A stretch of DNA of 64,000 nucleotides from an uncultured Bacteroidota bacterium (GCA_937864815.1 CALMJY010000173.1:687-64686), one strand, 5' to 3'. Shown: positions 27,968 through 38,304, counted from the stretch's first letter. Made by a program: numbers and translations. Notes: a model not told the origin generated them from the letters alone.

Positions 27968-28547
27968 GGTGACCTTCTTTTTATTGCAGTAAAATAAACT
28001 TGAATTTTATTGCGCCTGTTAGCTCAAGATTATGTACCAAATGTGATAATCGATAGAAATGAATGCTTTAATTCAATTTGTTAGTTTGCGTACTTTTAAA
28101 AAATGTTCATGGTCATTTTCATCTTATCAGCTAAAGAGTTTAACACCCGGGATATTCCCGGATAAAGAGGATTCAACAACAAATTCTATGAGCAACGCAT
28201 CTATGCTTTAACAAAATTAAAAAAAATAGCGAATTTTCCTAATTATGAATCACTTGTGTCCTACTAGACCTATGCGAAGACATTTGGCTATAGCTTTTGC
28301 CTGAGGGCTGGATTTAGTATTGGGCATAGGTCAATGTGCCAAATCAGCGGTCGTGGTTTAATGTTTGAGGAGAGCAGAAAACATGTCAGCGTATTGTTAT
28401 TTTGTTAACAGCACTGGTGCAGTCTAGTCCCGGCGAACGGAGTGAGTCGGGAGTCGCGCCGAAGGCCCTGACCGAAGCGAAGCGAGCGTCATGGGGTACA
28501 AGTTTAAGCGGAGCCAGGAATCAGTCAAGGTATAGGATTTAAATTGC

Positions 28548-28656
28548 GGGCAGAGGAGCGTGTCCGGGTGCAAGAACTATTACAAATTTGTCTTGGATGC
28601 AGGAGCTAAAGCAAAAAGTGTGACAAGCAACTTACCCATATTGTCCGTGTTAGCGG
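28548..28656. repeat. Dispersed intergenic repeat, copy C
   Basis: The core is GGGCAGAGGAGCGTGTCCGGGTGCAAG..ACAAATTTGTCTTGGATGCAGGAGCTAAAGCAAAAAGTGTGACAAGC..TTGTCCGTGTTAGCGG. It lies ~15 nt from the stop of 28672..28917. Confidence 0.8.
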
Positions 28657-28671
28657 CCGATTTTTTATTAT

Positions 28672-28917
28672 TCACTTATCAAGCTTTTTCCATTCACCTG
28701 AATTATACCTTCTAATTATTTCTTTTGCTACATCGTTTGAAAATTGTTGAATTCCAGAAGATGATCTTTTCCCTTCCAGCCTGCATTTTGGACATGTAGC
28801 CATTTGAGCGATATTATTATGTTCCATCGGAGATTCACATACAGGACATAACGGCACAACATTTTTAATATTGAATTTTCCTGTTAACAAATCATAATCG
28901 TAGTCCCAAGTCCACAT
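28672..28917 (-). CDS. Hypothetical small Zn-ribbon protein (81 aa)
   Basis: It has two CxxC pairs (CPVC, CPKC). I recognise no family. Confidence 0.5.
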   Translation of the reverse strand: MWTWDYDYDLLTGKFNIKNVVPLCPVCESPMEHNNIAQMATCPKCRLEGKRSSSGIQQFSNDVAKEIIRRYNSGEWKKLDK

Positions 28918-29164
28918 CGAATCGTTAATGCCAAACTTATCAACTCGAAGCTTATATCTGTGCAGAAATATATCAGGGCTACGGCAATTCTTATACGCCG
29001 TTTCTCAATCATGGAGATGGGTTATCCGGGACCCGGCTCAGAGTATAATGACATTTAGTTTAAGACGAAGTTGCAAATATACTACTAATGGGTCAATACA
29101 TCACATTGTTCTTTTTGCCAACGTCAGTATAAATTGAGAATAACACAAATCCGATTTCATAATT

Positions 29165-29198
29165 CTGCACCTTAAGTGAAGTCACACTTAAGGTGCAG
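29165..29198 (-). terminator. Stem-loop downstream of 29230..29610 (putative intrinsic terminator)
   Basis: A 14-bp perfect stem pairs CTGCACCTTAAGTG with CACTTAAGGTGCAG around a 6-nt loop. It lies 32 nt after the stop codon. The U-tract is weak. Confidence 0.5.
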
Positions 29199-29229
29199 AT
29201 TAAAATAAAAGAATCTGGGAAAGTAATAT

Positions 29230-29610
29230 TTATGACTGACTGATTTCAGGTAAGATTTTCCATAACCTGCTTTCCATATTTGTCAGATCAAATGGTTTCT
29301 CAACTATTGCATCAACTCCGCTATTTATCATTTCAACATACAGAGACGGATTTAAAGTGGAGGCTACCATAAGAATCTTCATTGAGCCTGTGCTGTATGA
29401 TGCTTTAATCCTTTTTGCCAGTTCAATACCATTCAAAGAAGGCGTAAGATAATCACAGATCAGGATATCTACATGACCGTTTTTTACAAGAAAATCAGAG
29501 GCAGACTTGCCATCAGTTACTATATGCACCTCAAATGAATTACATAACTGATCAGAAAGCAACAGATTACTGTTTTTATCTTCAGATGCTATTAACACTT
29601 TGCATTTCAT
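29230..29610 (-). CDS. Orphan single-domain response regulator
   Basis: It has a REC fold with ILICDYLTPSLNG and EKPF. Confidence 0.8.
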   Translation of the reverse strand: MKCKVLIASEDKNSNLLLSDQLCNSFEVHIVTDGKSASDFLVKNGHVDILICDYLTPSLNGIELAKRIKASYSTGSMKILMVASTLNPSLYVEMINSGVDAIVEKPFDLTNMESRLWKILPEISQS

Positions 29611-29998
29611 TTTCTTTTGTATTGATTATAATCAATATATGCCAATGATTGTGCCATTCTTGTTATGTAATAGTATGTCAGATAAATACATGGCGATTCT
29701 GATTTTTTATTGATTTGAAATATCTTCGTAAACGAATATAGAATACCCGGAACCGGGCATTTTTAAATAAAAAAGCAGAGAATCGAGCCAGAAGATTCTC
29801 ATTCTAAATAGACTCCCGTATTATGATATTTATGTTCTTCAGAAAACATGGTTTTCGTTTCTTTCCTACTGGTAACTAAAAATTGACCTTTTAATCCTGC
29901 CTGACCAGGAAATCTGCTAATCAACTTTTGGCAAGTATGCTTTTCAGATGCATAAAGTGGTAATGGTCTGATAACAGCCATTTAAATATTTCCTATAA

Positions 29999-30290
29999 AC
30001 GCGTTGTGCGGTTGACAATTAAATAAAAGAGTCTGTAATTGGTCGATAACTATGTTAAAAACTCAAATAAATAATCTAATCTTCTCATATTCTTGCAATT
30101 ACCCCCCTTCCCGGCCTTCCCCCTGCGCCTTCGCGTAGCCGCTTCGGCGGAGCAAGGCAGGGGGGAAGGAGTACTGCATTTCCCCCTGGGGGAAAATGAA
30201 AGGGGGTTTATTTCGAAAAAATACAAAATATGTAACTAAAAGGTTATTGAGCACTAAATGAATATATTAAGATTCAACCGCACAACACGT
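29999..30290. mobile_element. MITE-like non-autonomous element, full copy (292 bp)
   Basis: It has 17-bp TIRs, ACGCGTTGTGCGGTTGA (29999-30015) and TCAACCGCACAACACGT (30274-30290), with 1 mismatch. A 9-bp direct repeat TTCCTATAA sits at 29990-29998 and 30291-30299. There is no ORF. It has an internal GC-rich hairpin at 30115-30169. Confidence 0.85.
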
Positions 30291-30799
30291 TTCCTATAAG
30301 TATTATTATAAATAATATCCTTATACGAAAATCCGGTATCTATTTCTGCTACATAAATCAAACTCCGACAAATGATTTTTTAATCAGTTAACTGGAATCA
30401 TTCCGAATCTATGGTAATAGTTTCATGGTCATTTCCTGAGAGTTTCCTCACAAACTTACTTTACCTCCTATTATGAGCCATATTGGTTTCATTTAACTTT
30501 GGATTGTCTGTTATAACAACTTTTTAATACGGACCTCTAGTTCTAAAGGATTGAAGGGCTTGGTTATATAGTCATCTGCCCCCAGCTTAAGCAAATCAGA
30601 TCTGCAAATACTGCTGTCTAAGCTCGAAAGGATAATGATTGGTATTCTGCCATATTGTTTACTTGCCTTGAATTGTGTTACCAGAACTCTGCCATCAGTA
30701 TCCGGCATCACCAGATCAGTAATAATCACATCAGGGAAAAAACCATCACTTACCTTTCTCATTGCCTGAGCAACGCTCTGAGCTATAACTATTTCAAAG

Positions 30800-32226
30800 C
30801 ACTAGTGTCCGACTAAAATAATAAAAAGAGGGGTACTCCCCAAAGGTTTCCCCCAATGTTGTAATTTGGTTTTACCACAAACTAAACACAACATGGGTAA
30901 AATTACAGAAATAAAATTAGTCGGACAGCCGATCTTCAAACAGATAATGAATTTGGTTGATAAAGTTGACATACAGGGATTGATAAGGAAGCATGAGAGT
31001 GATTATTATTACAAGTCATTCAAAACCCGTACACACCTTTTCACAATGCTGTTCGGGATACTGAGCCGGTGCGATTCGATGACAGAAGTCTGCGAAGGGC
31101 TTCGTGCAATGGGCGGCAAGCTTAATCATCTGGGTATGGACCAGGCACCAGCTAAGAGTACAGCATGCGACGGACTGCGTAACAGAAGCCATAAGTTCTT
31201 TGAGGATCTATATTTTACCCTGGTAAAACATTATCATAGTTTTTTGTCGGACAGCCGGACATTTGGACTGACTTTTAAGGAGGTACTTATTATTGATTCC
31301 ACGACAATCCGGTTATTCAGTGACATATTAAAAGGAGTTGGCCGTAATCCAAAGGGTGACGGCAAGAAAAAAGGAGGAATGAAGGTCCATATGCTTATTG
31401 ATGCAGTTCAATCGGTTGGACGGTTTATCAAAATGACGGCAGCAAAGGTCAATGATCAGAAGTTTTTAAAGAGTCTTGAGTTGATATCCGACAGCATGAT
31501 CGTGTTTGATAAAGCCTATAACTATTACCACCAGTTTGCACTTTGGACACAGAAGCGTGTATATTTTGTCACCCGGATGAAAAAGAATGCTGTCTATACG
31601 ATTATAGAGGTTAAAAGAGAACATTATCGCAAGAGAGGCAAGGCAAAAGTATTAAGAGATGAGATCATCGAGCTGGAGTATCATCCAGAGAAAGAAGACG
31701 GAAAACAAGATCTTAAAACCAAGCTCACAATGAGATTAAGAAAGGTCAGCTATCAGGATGAGCAGAACCGCTACTACGATTTTCTTACAAACAATTTTGA
31801 TATATCAGCAGAAGATGTCGCATTCCTGTATAAGAAAAGATGGGGCATTGAGATACTGTTCAAGAAAATGAAGCAGAACTTTCAGCTGCATTACTTCTAT
31901 GGTGAGAATGAAAATGCAATCTATACCCAGGTCTGGTGTACTTTAATAGCCCAATTGCTATTGACTGTGACACAGAAGATCGCACAGGCGAAAAAAGCTT
32001 TCTCTGTAGTGGCATCGTTGGTTCGGATACACCTGATAAGCATGCTGGATGTAAATGAACTTTTGCGCAGCACAAAAAGAGCTTTTAAGAGTAAATCGAT
32101 ACCCCCTGGGTTACAATTATCCTTTAATTTGCAGGAGGTCAGTTTTTAAATACAAAATATGATACTTGATAATCAGATACATACGAGAATGAATCAAGTA
32201 TCTAAATTATTAATCGGATAACAGTG
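30800..32226 (+). mobile_element. IS4-family insertion sequence (1427 bp)
   Basis: A 9-bp TSD ATTTCAAAG sits at 30791-30799 and 32227-32235. The terminal inverted repeats are imperfect: CACTAGTGTCCGACTAA.. and ..TTAATCGGATAACAGTG. Confidence 0.88.
30893..32149 (+). CDS. IS4-family DDE transposase
   Basis: It starts MGKITEIKLVGQPIFKQIMNLVD..SFKTRTHLFTMLFGILSRCDSMTEVCEGL.. as in IS4-type transposases with an N-terminal DUF4372-like region. The ORF track starts at a TTG (30866); the ATG at 30893 is more plausible. Confidence 0.85.
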   Translation: MGKITEIKLVGQPIFKQIMNLVDKVDIQGLIRKHESDYYYKSFKTRTHLFTMLFGILSRCDSMTEVCEGLRAMGGKLNHLGMDQAPAKSTACDGLRNRSHKFFEDLYFTLVKHYHSFLSDSRTFGLTFKEVLIIDSTTIRLFSDILKGVGRNPKGDGKKKGGMKVHMLIDAVQSVGRFIKMTAAKVNDQKFLKSLELISDSMIVFDKAYNYYHQFALWTQKRVYFVTRMKKNAVYTIIEVKREHYRKRGKAKVLRDEIIELEYHPEKEDGKQDLKTKLTMRLRKVSYQDEQNRYYDFLTNNFDISAEDVAFLYKKRWGIEILFKKMKQNFQLHYFYGENENAIYTQVWCTLIAQLLLTVTQKIAQAKKAFSVVASLVRIHLISMLDVNELLRSTKRAFKSKSIPPGLQLSFNLQEVSF

Positions 32227-32443
32227 ATTTCAAAGTTAATTGACAGAAAAGCCCTGAGAATGATTAAGAGTTCTGCACTGTCATCGACTAAAAGTACTTT
32301 TTTTTTCATATAGTTTTATTTGTTATTATCCTGACAAGGATTATACCAGAGCGAATAAGTGTTTGTTTTATAGTATTTTAGACTATATGAACAAAACATG
32401 CGGGCTCCATTTATATATTCGGAATCGAAGACAGTCTTTGAAA

Positions 32444-33856
32444 TCAATGAGTATTGTTCTCCGGGTGGGTTGGAATTTTGATCTTATGCTTCTGAATACG
32501 GCGGTAAAGAGAATTCCATTCGATATTGAGCAATCGTGCGGCTTCAGCCTTATTATAATTTACTTTGTTAAGTACATTCATAATTATCTGTTTTTCTATC
32601 TCTGTCAGATCATAAATACCGGATAAAGGATTTTGTTGTTCGGAAAAAACAGAAGGAGGATTAATATACTGAATGTCAGATGGTCTGATAAACTCATTAT
32701 TACTAAGAATAACGGCTCTTTCGATAATATTTCTTAGTTCTCTCACATTACCGGGATACGAATAAGATTTCAGCAATTCATATGTTTCATTGCTGAATCC
32801 CTGTACAGGTTTACCAAGCTTTTTTACTAAATCTTTCAGGAAATGATCAGCAAGTTCAGGGATATCGCTTTTTCTATCCTTTAGTTTTGGCATTTCTATT
32901 ATAAATGTTCCAATTCGGTGATAAAGGTCAAGTCTGAATTTGGTGCCAGAGGTAAGTTCGGGAATCGGTTTATTTGTTGCTGCCATTAGCCTGATATCGA
33001 ATTTGTTTTCCTGATGAGCTCCAACTTTAGTATATCTTCTGTCTTCAAGGACTCTGAGAAGCTTTACCTGCAGGGGAATTGTCATTTCTCCAATTTCATC
33101 AAGAAATAATGTACCGCCATTGGCGGTTTCAAACCAGCCGGCTTTATCGCTTATTGCCCCTGTAAAACTTCCTTTTTTATGTCCGAAGAATTCGCTTTCA
33201 AAAAGAGATTCAGGAATAGCTGACATGTTAACAGCGCAGAAAAGTTCATCCTTTCTGCTGCTCATTTCGTGAATCCCTCTGGCTACAAGCTCCTTACCTG
33301 TTCCGCTCTCGCCGATTATCAGTACTGATGTATCCGGAGTTGCAGCAACCATTTTTATCTGATGTCTTATGTTATTTATTGAAGAAGACTTTCCGATTAT
33401 CAGATTTTCAGCTTCAGCTTTTATAACTTGTTTAAGTACAGAGTTCTTTTTCTTTACAAGATCGAGATTAGCATTCAGATCTGAATATTTGAGTGTCCTT
33501 TCAATAGCAATCCATATTTCACCAGTATCAAATGGTTTCTTTAGAAAATCAACAGCACCTTTTCTAAGGGCATCAATAACAACATCCATATTACCAGCAG
33601 AACTGATCATTATTACCGAGATACCGGGGTATTCTGCCTTTACCCTTTCAAGTACCTGCAAACCATCCATCTCAGGAAGTTTAAAGTCGCAGATTATTAA
33701 ATGGACTTTTTCGTTTTTAAGGATCTTAAATGCTGTAGAGGGAGCTTCAACTGCGAAGATATTATGCTTCTCTTTCAGAATTGACCGCAGGAAATCCCTG
33801 ATTACCGGATCATCATCGATAACAAGAACTGTCGTTTTTTCCTTATGCTGGTTCAA
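32444..33856 (-). CDS. Sigma-54-dependent response regulator (NtrC family: REC-AAA+-Fis HTH)
   Basis: It has VLVIDDDP..ICDFKLPEMDG, Walker A GESGTGKE, ESEFFGHKKGSFTGA and a C-terminal HTH AEAARLLNIEWNSLYRRIQKH. Confidence 0.93.
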   Translation of the reverse strand: MNQHKEKTTVLVIDDDPVIRDFLRSILKEKHNIFAVEAPSTAFKILKNEKVHLIICDFKLPEMDGLQVLERVKAEYPGISVIMISSAGNMDVVIDALRKGAVDFLKKPFDTGEIWIAIERTLKYSDLNANLDLVKKKNSVLKQVIKAEAENLIIGKSSSINNIRHQIKMVAATPDTSVLIIGESGTGKELVARGIHEMSSRKDELFCAVNMSAIPESLFESEFFGHKKGSFTGAISDKAGWFETANGGTLFLDEIGEMTIPLQVKLLRVLEDRRYTKVGAHQENKFDIRLMAATNKPIPELTSGTKFRLDLYHRIGTFIIEMPKLKDRKSDIPELADHFLKDLVKKLGKPVQGFSNETYELLKSYSYPGNVRELRNIIERAVILSNNEFIRPSDIQYINPPSVFSEQQNPLSGIYDLTEIEKQIIMNVLNKVNYNKAEAARLLNIEWNSLYRRIQKHKIKIPTHPENNTH

Positions 33857-33858
33857 GG

Positions 33859-34956
33859 TTAATCGGTTTCATCAGTTTTAAGACTAATTATTATATTAGT
33901 GCCTTCCTCAGGGTTACTTGTGGCAGTCATCAGGCATTTGTTAAGTTTGATAAGGTCCCTGACAATGAAAAGACCAAGTCCGGTTCCCTTCTCAGCATTG
34001 GTTCCTGTTGAAAAATGATGTTCATTTCTGATGAATACCCTGTCAAATACTTCAGGTAACATTCCGATTCCATTGTCCCTCACATGTACTTCCAGAATAC
34101 CATTCTTTAAAACAGATAAAATGTCAATTTTCCCTCCACGGGGGGTGAATTTTATTGCATTGCCAATAAGATTCAGGAATACTACCATTATCGAATTATC
34201 CTCGAACAAAGCACAGGTATTTTCCGGGATATTCAGGTTGATCTTTATTTCTTTCCTGAGGGCGTTCTCCTTAACAAAATCAATACTTCGAAGCATAACG
34301 GGATAAATATCCTGTACTTTCAGGGAAAGATTTACTTTCTGTCCCTGGTATTTAGTATAATTCAATAAGTTATCAATAAAAGCGGAAGTCTCATTCACAG
34401 TTTTGTCAAGGTGTTTCATCAACACCATGAATTGATCATCACTTGGGTTAATTGCTCCTGTGGCAATTGAATTAATTGACATTTTAATGGTTGCGAATGG
34501 AGATCGGATGTCGTGAGCTATTATGGAATAGAGTCTGTCACGTATCCTGTTGAATTCCCTGATGGTTCTGAGTGAGTCAGCCAGTTCTGCATGGATTTTA
34601 ATCCTGGAGAGGAGCTCCTCTCTCATGAATGGTTTTGTCAAATAGTCAACCCCGCCGGCCCTGAAACCTTCTGTTATATCACCGGGCTGGTCTTTTGCAG
34701 TCAGGAAAATAACAGGAATATTTGACAGATCGTTATTACTTTTTAGGATCCGGCACACCTCGAATCCATCCATTTCCGGCATCATAACATCAAGAAGGAC
34801 AATATCGGGTATGAAAGATTCCAGGGTTGCAAGGGCAGCCTTTCCTCCAGTGGCCAGGCTCACAAGATAACCTTCATTATGCAGCATGCCCGCAGTATAC
34901 TGCAGGTTTGTGCTATTGTCATCAACAACCAGAACAATTGTTTTCCCGTCTTTCAT
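33859..34956 (-). CDS. Response regulator-histidine kinase fusion (REC-HisKA-HATPase)
   Basis: It has VLVVDDNS..LDVMMPEMDGF, H-box IIAHDIRSPF and GTGLGLFIV. Confidence 0.9.
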   Translation of the reverse strand: MKDGKTIVLVVDDNSTNLQYTAGMLHNEGYLVSLATGGKAALATLESFIPDIVLLDVMMPEMDGFEVCRILKSNNDLSNIPVIFLTAKDQPGDITEGFRAGGVDYLTKPFMREELLSRIKIHAELADSLRTIREFNRIRDRLYSIIAHDIRSPFATIKMSINSIATGAINPSDDQFMVLMKHLDKTVNETSAFIDNLLNYTKYQGQKVNLSLKVQDIYPVMLRSIDFVKENALRKEIKINLNIPENTCALFEDNSIMVVFLNLIGNAIKFTPRGGKIDILSVLKNGILEVHVRDNGIGMLPEVFDRVFIRNEHHFSTGTNAEKGTGLGLFIVRDLIKLNKCLMTATSNPEEGTNIIISLKTDETD

Positions 34957-34965
34957 TTTTTGCTG

Positions 34966-35445
34966 CTATTCACGGTTCAGAATCTTTGAAAGGCCATATA
35001 GTACCCTCATATATTCATCTCTTGATTTTCTCATTTCGATTTCACTGTTTGCAAGAAAATCGCGTGCAAGCTTGAGTTGCACCTGATTTCTGACTCTTAC
35101 AATAAGCTCCTCTTTCCTGAATGGTTTGGTAATATAATCCACTCCTCCTTCCCTGAAACCTTTTACAACATCATCAATATCACTCTTAGCAGTCAGAAAA
35201 ATTACAGGAACATTCTTAGTTCTTTCATTTGATTTAAGGATTTTACAAACCTCAAATCCATCCATGCCTGGCATCATTATATCTAAAAGAATAATATCAA
35301 TCCTGGTCTTTTCGAGAGTATCAAGGGCACTTTTACCATCAAGAGCAAGTGCAATCTTGTAGTTCTCTTCCTTTAGAAGGCTGTTAACAACCTTAAGATT
35401 TTCCTGGTTATCATCCACAACCAGGATATGTACATCATTCTCCAT
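34966..35445 (-). CDS. Single-domain response regulator
   Basis: It has ILVVDDNQ..LDIMMPGMDGF..TKPF. Confidence 0.88.
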   Translation of the reverse strand: MENDVHILVVDDNQENLKVVNSLLKEENYKIALALDGKSALDTLEKTRIDIILLDIMMPGMDGFEVCKILKSNERTKNVPVIFLTAKSDIDDVVKGFREGGVDYITKPFRKEELIVRVRNQVQLKLARDFLANSEIEMRKSRDEYMRVLYGLSKILNRE

Positions 35446-35448
35446 ATA

Positions 35449-38304
35449 TCATGTTTGTTTTAGTGAAACAGTGTTCTCAACCACGCGGGGAAAATCAGCC
35501 ATGAGGCGTTTAATTATATCAATATCAACAGCTTCCAGGCCTGAGAAAAGTCTTGAGGCATATTCTCTAAGATACTCGTAACTGTTATCCTCTCCGATCT
35601 TATCAAGCTTCACAGAAAACTCTTCAATCCTGTATAATATCAGATGGTCCTTAATGGCTATCCATTCATTCATCATATCATCCTTAAGTAACGGTATAAG
35701 AACAGGAAGGCTGTCTTTAAGCTTTGCATTAATTACCGGATTAAACACAGGAAGTACGTCTATTTGAACCTGCAAGTTTCTGACTACTTGGTGCTTGAGA
35801 TATTTAGTAAGAATGGCAAGAAGGCTCGCCCTCGTTACAGGTTTGGAAAGGAAATCATCGAAATTTATATTTGATGTTATCGTATCTTTACTGAAAACTG
35901 AGGCAGTATAGGCGATCAGTGGAATTTTCTTGATCCTTTCATCTGCTTTAACAATCTCTGCTACTTCATTGCCGCTCAATCCGGGCATTCTGATATCAAG
36001 AAGAATAAGATCAGGTGTATTGTTTTTGAGATACTCTATCGCACTTTCCCCGCAATTAACTGATGAGACTTTCAGATTCAGGGATTCGATCAGATAATCA
36101 ATCATCTCGATGTTGGTACTTACATCATCTACAATAAGTATATGCGAATCACTAAAAATGATCTCATCAAAACCATCCTGGAGTTTTGACGATAAACCTT
36201 TTGCAGTATCGATAAAAGTAACAGGCAGACTTATCTGAAAGACAGAGCCTGAATCTTCTTCACTCGTTACCGTTATTCTTCCTGACATTTTTTCGATCAG
36301 CCTCTTTGAGATCGCCAGACCAAGTCCAATTCCTTCATACAATCTGTTAGATTGCCCCGACTGCTGTCTGAATGACTCAAAGATGACCTCCTGCTGTGAT
36401 GACGGGATTCCTATTCCGGAATCCTCCACTTCAATGATCATGGTCCCGGAATCAGCTTTTTCAAATCTGAATTCCACTCTGATGTTAATAAATCCTTTAT
36501 GAGTGAATTTTACTGCATTACCAACAAGATTGAACAATACCTGCTTTATCCTTATTTCATCAAGCATTAGTCCATGAGGAACATATTCAGGAAGAAACAA
36601 ACTCATCTCTATGCCTTTCTGACTGGCTTTATCCTGGAATAGAAGTTTTATCTCATTTAGAATACTTTTCAGATCAACCGGCTCAAGACTGATCTCCAAT
36701 TTTCCGGCTTCAATCTTGGAAAGATCGAGTATATCATTGAGAAGGGAGAGTAAGAGGTTTCCGCTGCTGAGCACCGATTTAAGAATTTTTCTGTGCTGCT
36801 CGGATTCCAACTTGTGATATAAAGCCTCACTGAAACCCAGAATAGCATTCATTGGCGTTCTGATCTCATGGCTCATATTTGCCAGAAACTCGCTTTTGGC
36901 TTTATTTGCCATATTTGCCTTGTCGCGTTCATCGATCAGCGAAAACTCCATGATCTTACGTTCATATGTATTGGCAATGATTCCAGATACTGTCCGCAAT
37001 AATTCCAGTTCAGTTTTCGTCCAGTGTTTATTCCTGATACATTCATCAAATCCTATAAAACCGAAAAAGTGACCCTTGACAAAAAGGGGATATACAATTA
37101 TTGATTTAATCCCCTGAGGTTCAAGTATTTCTATTATGTCAGCAGGAAGTTCTAAAATATCTTCTGAATATACCCTTCCTTCCTCCATCAGATACTTCTT
37201 CCATGAAGGGATCAATTCATAAGGTATTCGCTGTAATTCATTTATCTGTGGAGAAATATTAGTATTACACCATTCATATGTATTGTTTGTGACAAGCCCT
37301 CCTTCAGAATCTTCAAATATATAAACCCGGCTCACACCAGTGTGAATTCCGATTTTCTCAATGGCCGAATTAATCCTTGTATTAAAATCGGTCAGGTTAT
37401 TCATATCAAGTGCAATCTCTGAAAGTATCTCCTGCTGCTGCAGATTCATCTGCAACCTGATCTCATGCTCCTTAAGATTTGTAATATCTGCAATAATAGC
37501 TATAACGCCATATGGTTGATTATCCTTTACAAGTCTGTTTGTATAGATAAGAACAGGGAAGTTTGATCCGTCTTTTGCAATTAACCGGAATTCATGAACC
37601 GGATATTTATCTGTCTGTAATGCTTCTGAAAGATTTTTAATTGCTAAAGGCCTGTCGTTTTCGGAAAAGAACGAGAAAGCGCTTACTCCACTTTTAAGCT
37701 CCTCTTCAGTTAAACCCATTCTCTCAAGGGCAAAGTTATTCGCATATTTCACTATCCCATCCGTATTGATTTGACATAACATCTGCGGAAGAAGATCCTG
37801 CAGTGTTCTGTATCTTCGTTCACTTTCCTCAAGGTTTTCATTTTTAATACATAACAAGGAGGCTTTTGCCAGTTTATTATTTACAGGCCTCAGGGATTCA
37901 AGTAGATCCTTTCCGAGGAAACCTGAGTTTTTAAGCAGGACAAGAAACCCGAATTCAGGCAAATCTATTATATGATAATGATTTCCGCCCTCAGTAATAC
38001 CAAGCATTGGCATTTGGTTTCTGAATTCCTCAAGACTTATGGATGTAAACTTTTCAGGAATAAGGCTTTTAAGTTTTTCATATTCACTTTTTGTAACCAG
38101 TACATATGGTTTCGAAAAGATCATTTCCGAGGAGAATTCATCCAATTCCTCTGTTTGTGTCATAAAAATTATACCGGTATGACAATCCAGTGCCTTAAGA
38201 TATGAAGTCACGGAACTTCTCATCATCTCGTACAGGTTTAGACCATTACCTGTCTCAAGTGTCAGTTCATACAATAATTTATAATCATAAGGTTTTTCTG
38301 GCAT
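35449..38304 (-). CDS. Hybrid sensor histidine kinase (PAS-GAF-HisKA-HATPase-REC-helical tail)
   Basis: It has H-box FLANMSHEIRTPMNAI, EGIGLGLAISK, REC ILIVDDVS..LDIRMPGLSG, and a C-terminal tail similar to that of 12867..15050. Confidence 0.9.
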   Translation of the reverse strand: MPEKPYDYKLLYELTLETGNGLNLYEMMRSSVTSYLKALDCHTGIIFMTQTEELDEFSSEMIFSKPYVLVTKSEYEKLKSLIPEKFTSISLEEFRNQMPMLGITEGGNHYHIIDLPEFGFLVLLKNSGFLGKDLLESLRPVNNKLAKASLLCIKNENLEESERRYRTLQDLLPQMLCQINTDGIVKYANNFALERMGLTEEELKSGVSAFSFFSENDRPLAIKNLSEALQTDKYPVHEFRLIAKDGSNFPVLIYTNRLVKDNQPYGVIAIIADITNLKEHEIRLQMNLQQQEILSEIALDMNNLTDFNTRINSAIEKIGIHTGVSRVYIFEDSEGGLVTNNTYEWCNTNISPQINELQRIPYELIPSWKKYLMEEGRVYSEDILELPADIIEILEPQGIKSIIVYPLFVKGHFFGFIGFDECIRNKHWTKTELELLRTVSGIIANTYERKIMEFSLIDERDKANMANKAKSEFLANMSHEIRTPMNAILGFSEALYHKLESEQHRKILKSVLSSGNLLLSLLNDILDLSKIEAGKLEISLEPVDLKSILNEIKLLFQDKASQKGIEMSLFLPEYVPHGLMLDEIRIKQVLFNLVGNAVKFTHKGFINIRVEFRFEKADSGTMIIEVEDSGIGIPSSQQEVIFESFRQQSGQSNRLYEGIGLGLAISKRLIEKMSGRITVTSEEDSGSVFQISLPVTFIDTAKGLSSKLQDGFDEIIFSDSHILIVDDVSTNIEMIDYLIESLNLKVSSVNCGESAIEYLKNNTPDLILLDIRMPGLSGNEVAEIVKADERIKKIPLIAYTASVFSKDTITSNINFDDFLSKPVTRASLLAILTKYLKHQVVRNLQVQIDVLPVFNPVINAKLKDSLPVLIPLLKDDMMNEWIAIKDHLILYRIEEFSVKLDKIGEDNSYEYLREYASRLFSGLEAVDIDIIKRLMADFPRVVENTVSLKQT

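Larger units (their letters stand above)
30511..32309 (-). pseudogene. Single-domain response regulator gene split by an IS4-family insertion
   Basis: The 5' part 32309->32227 reads MKKKVLLVDDSAELLIILRAFLSINFEI and the 3' part 30799->30511 reads ..FEIVIAQSVAQAMRKVSDGFFPDVIITDLVMPDTDG..TKPF... Removing the IS and one TSD copy restores an intact ~120-aa REC. Confidence 0.9.

Noticed and set aside
29799-29981. A 60-aa ORF lies adjacent to the MITE.
   Set aside because: It is short and isolated, with no motif. It ends at the MITE target site, so it is probably non-coding spacer.
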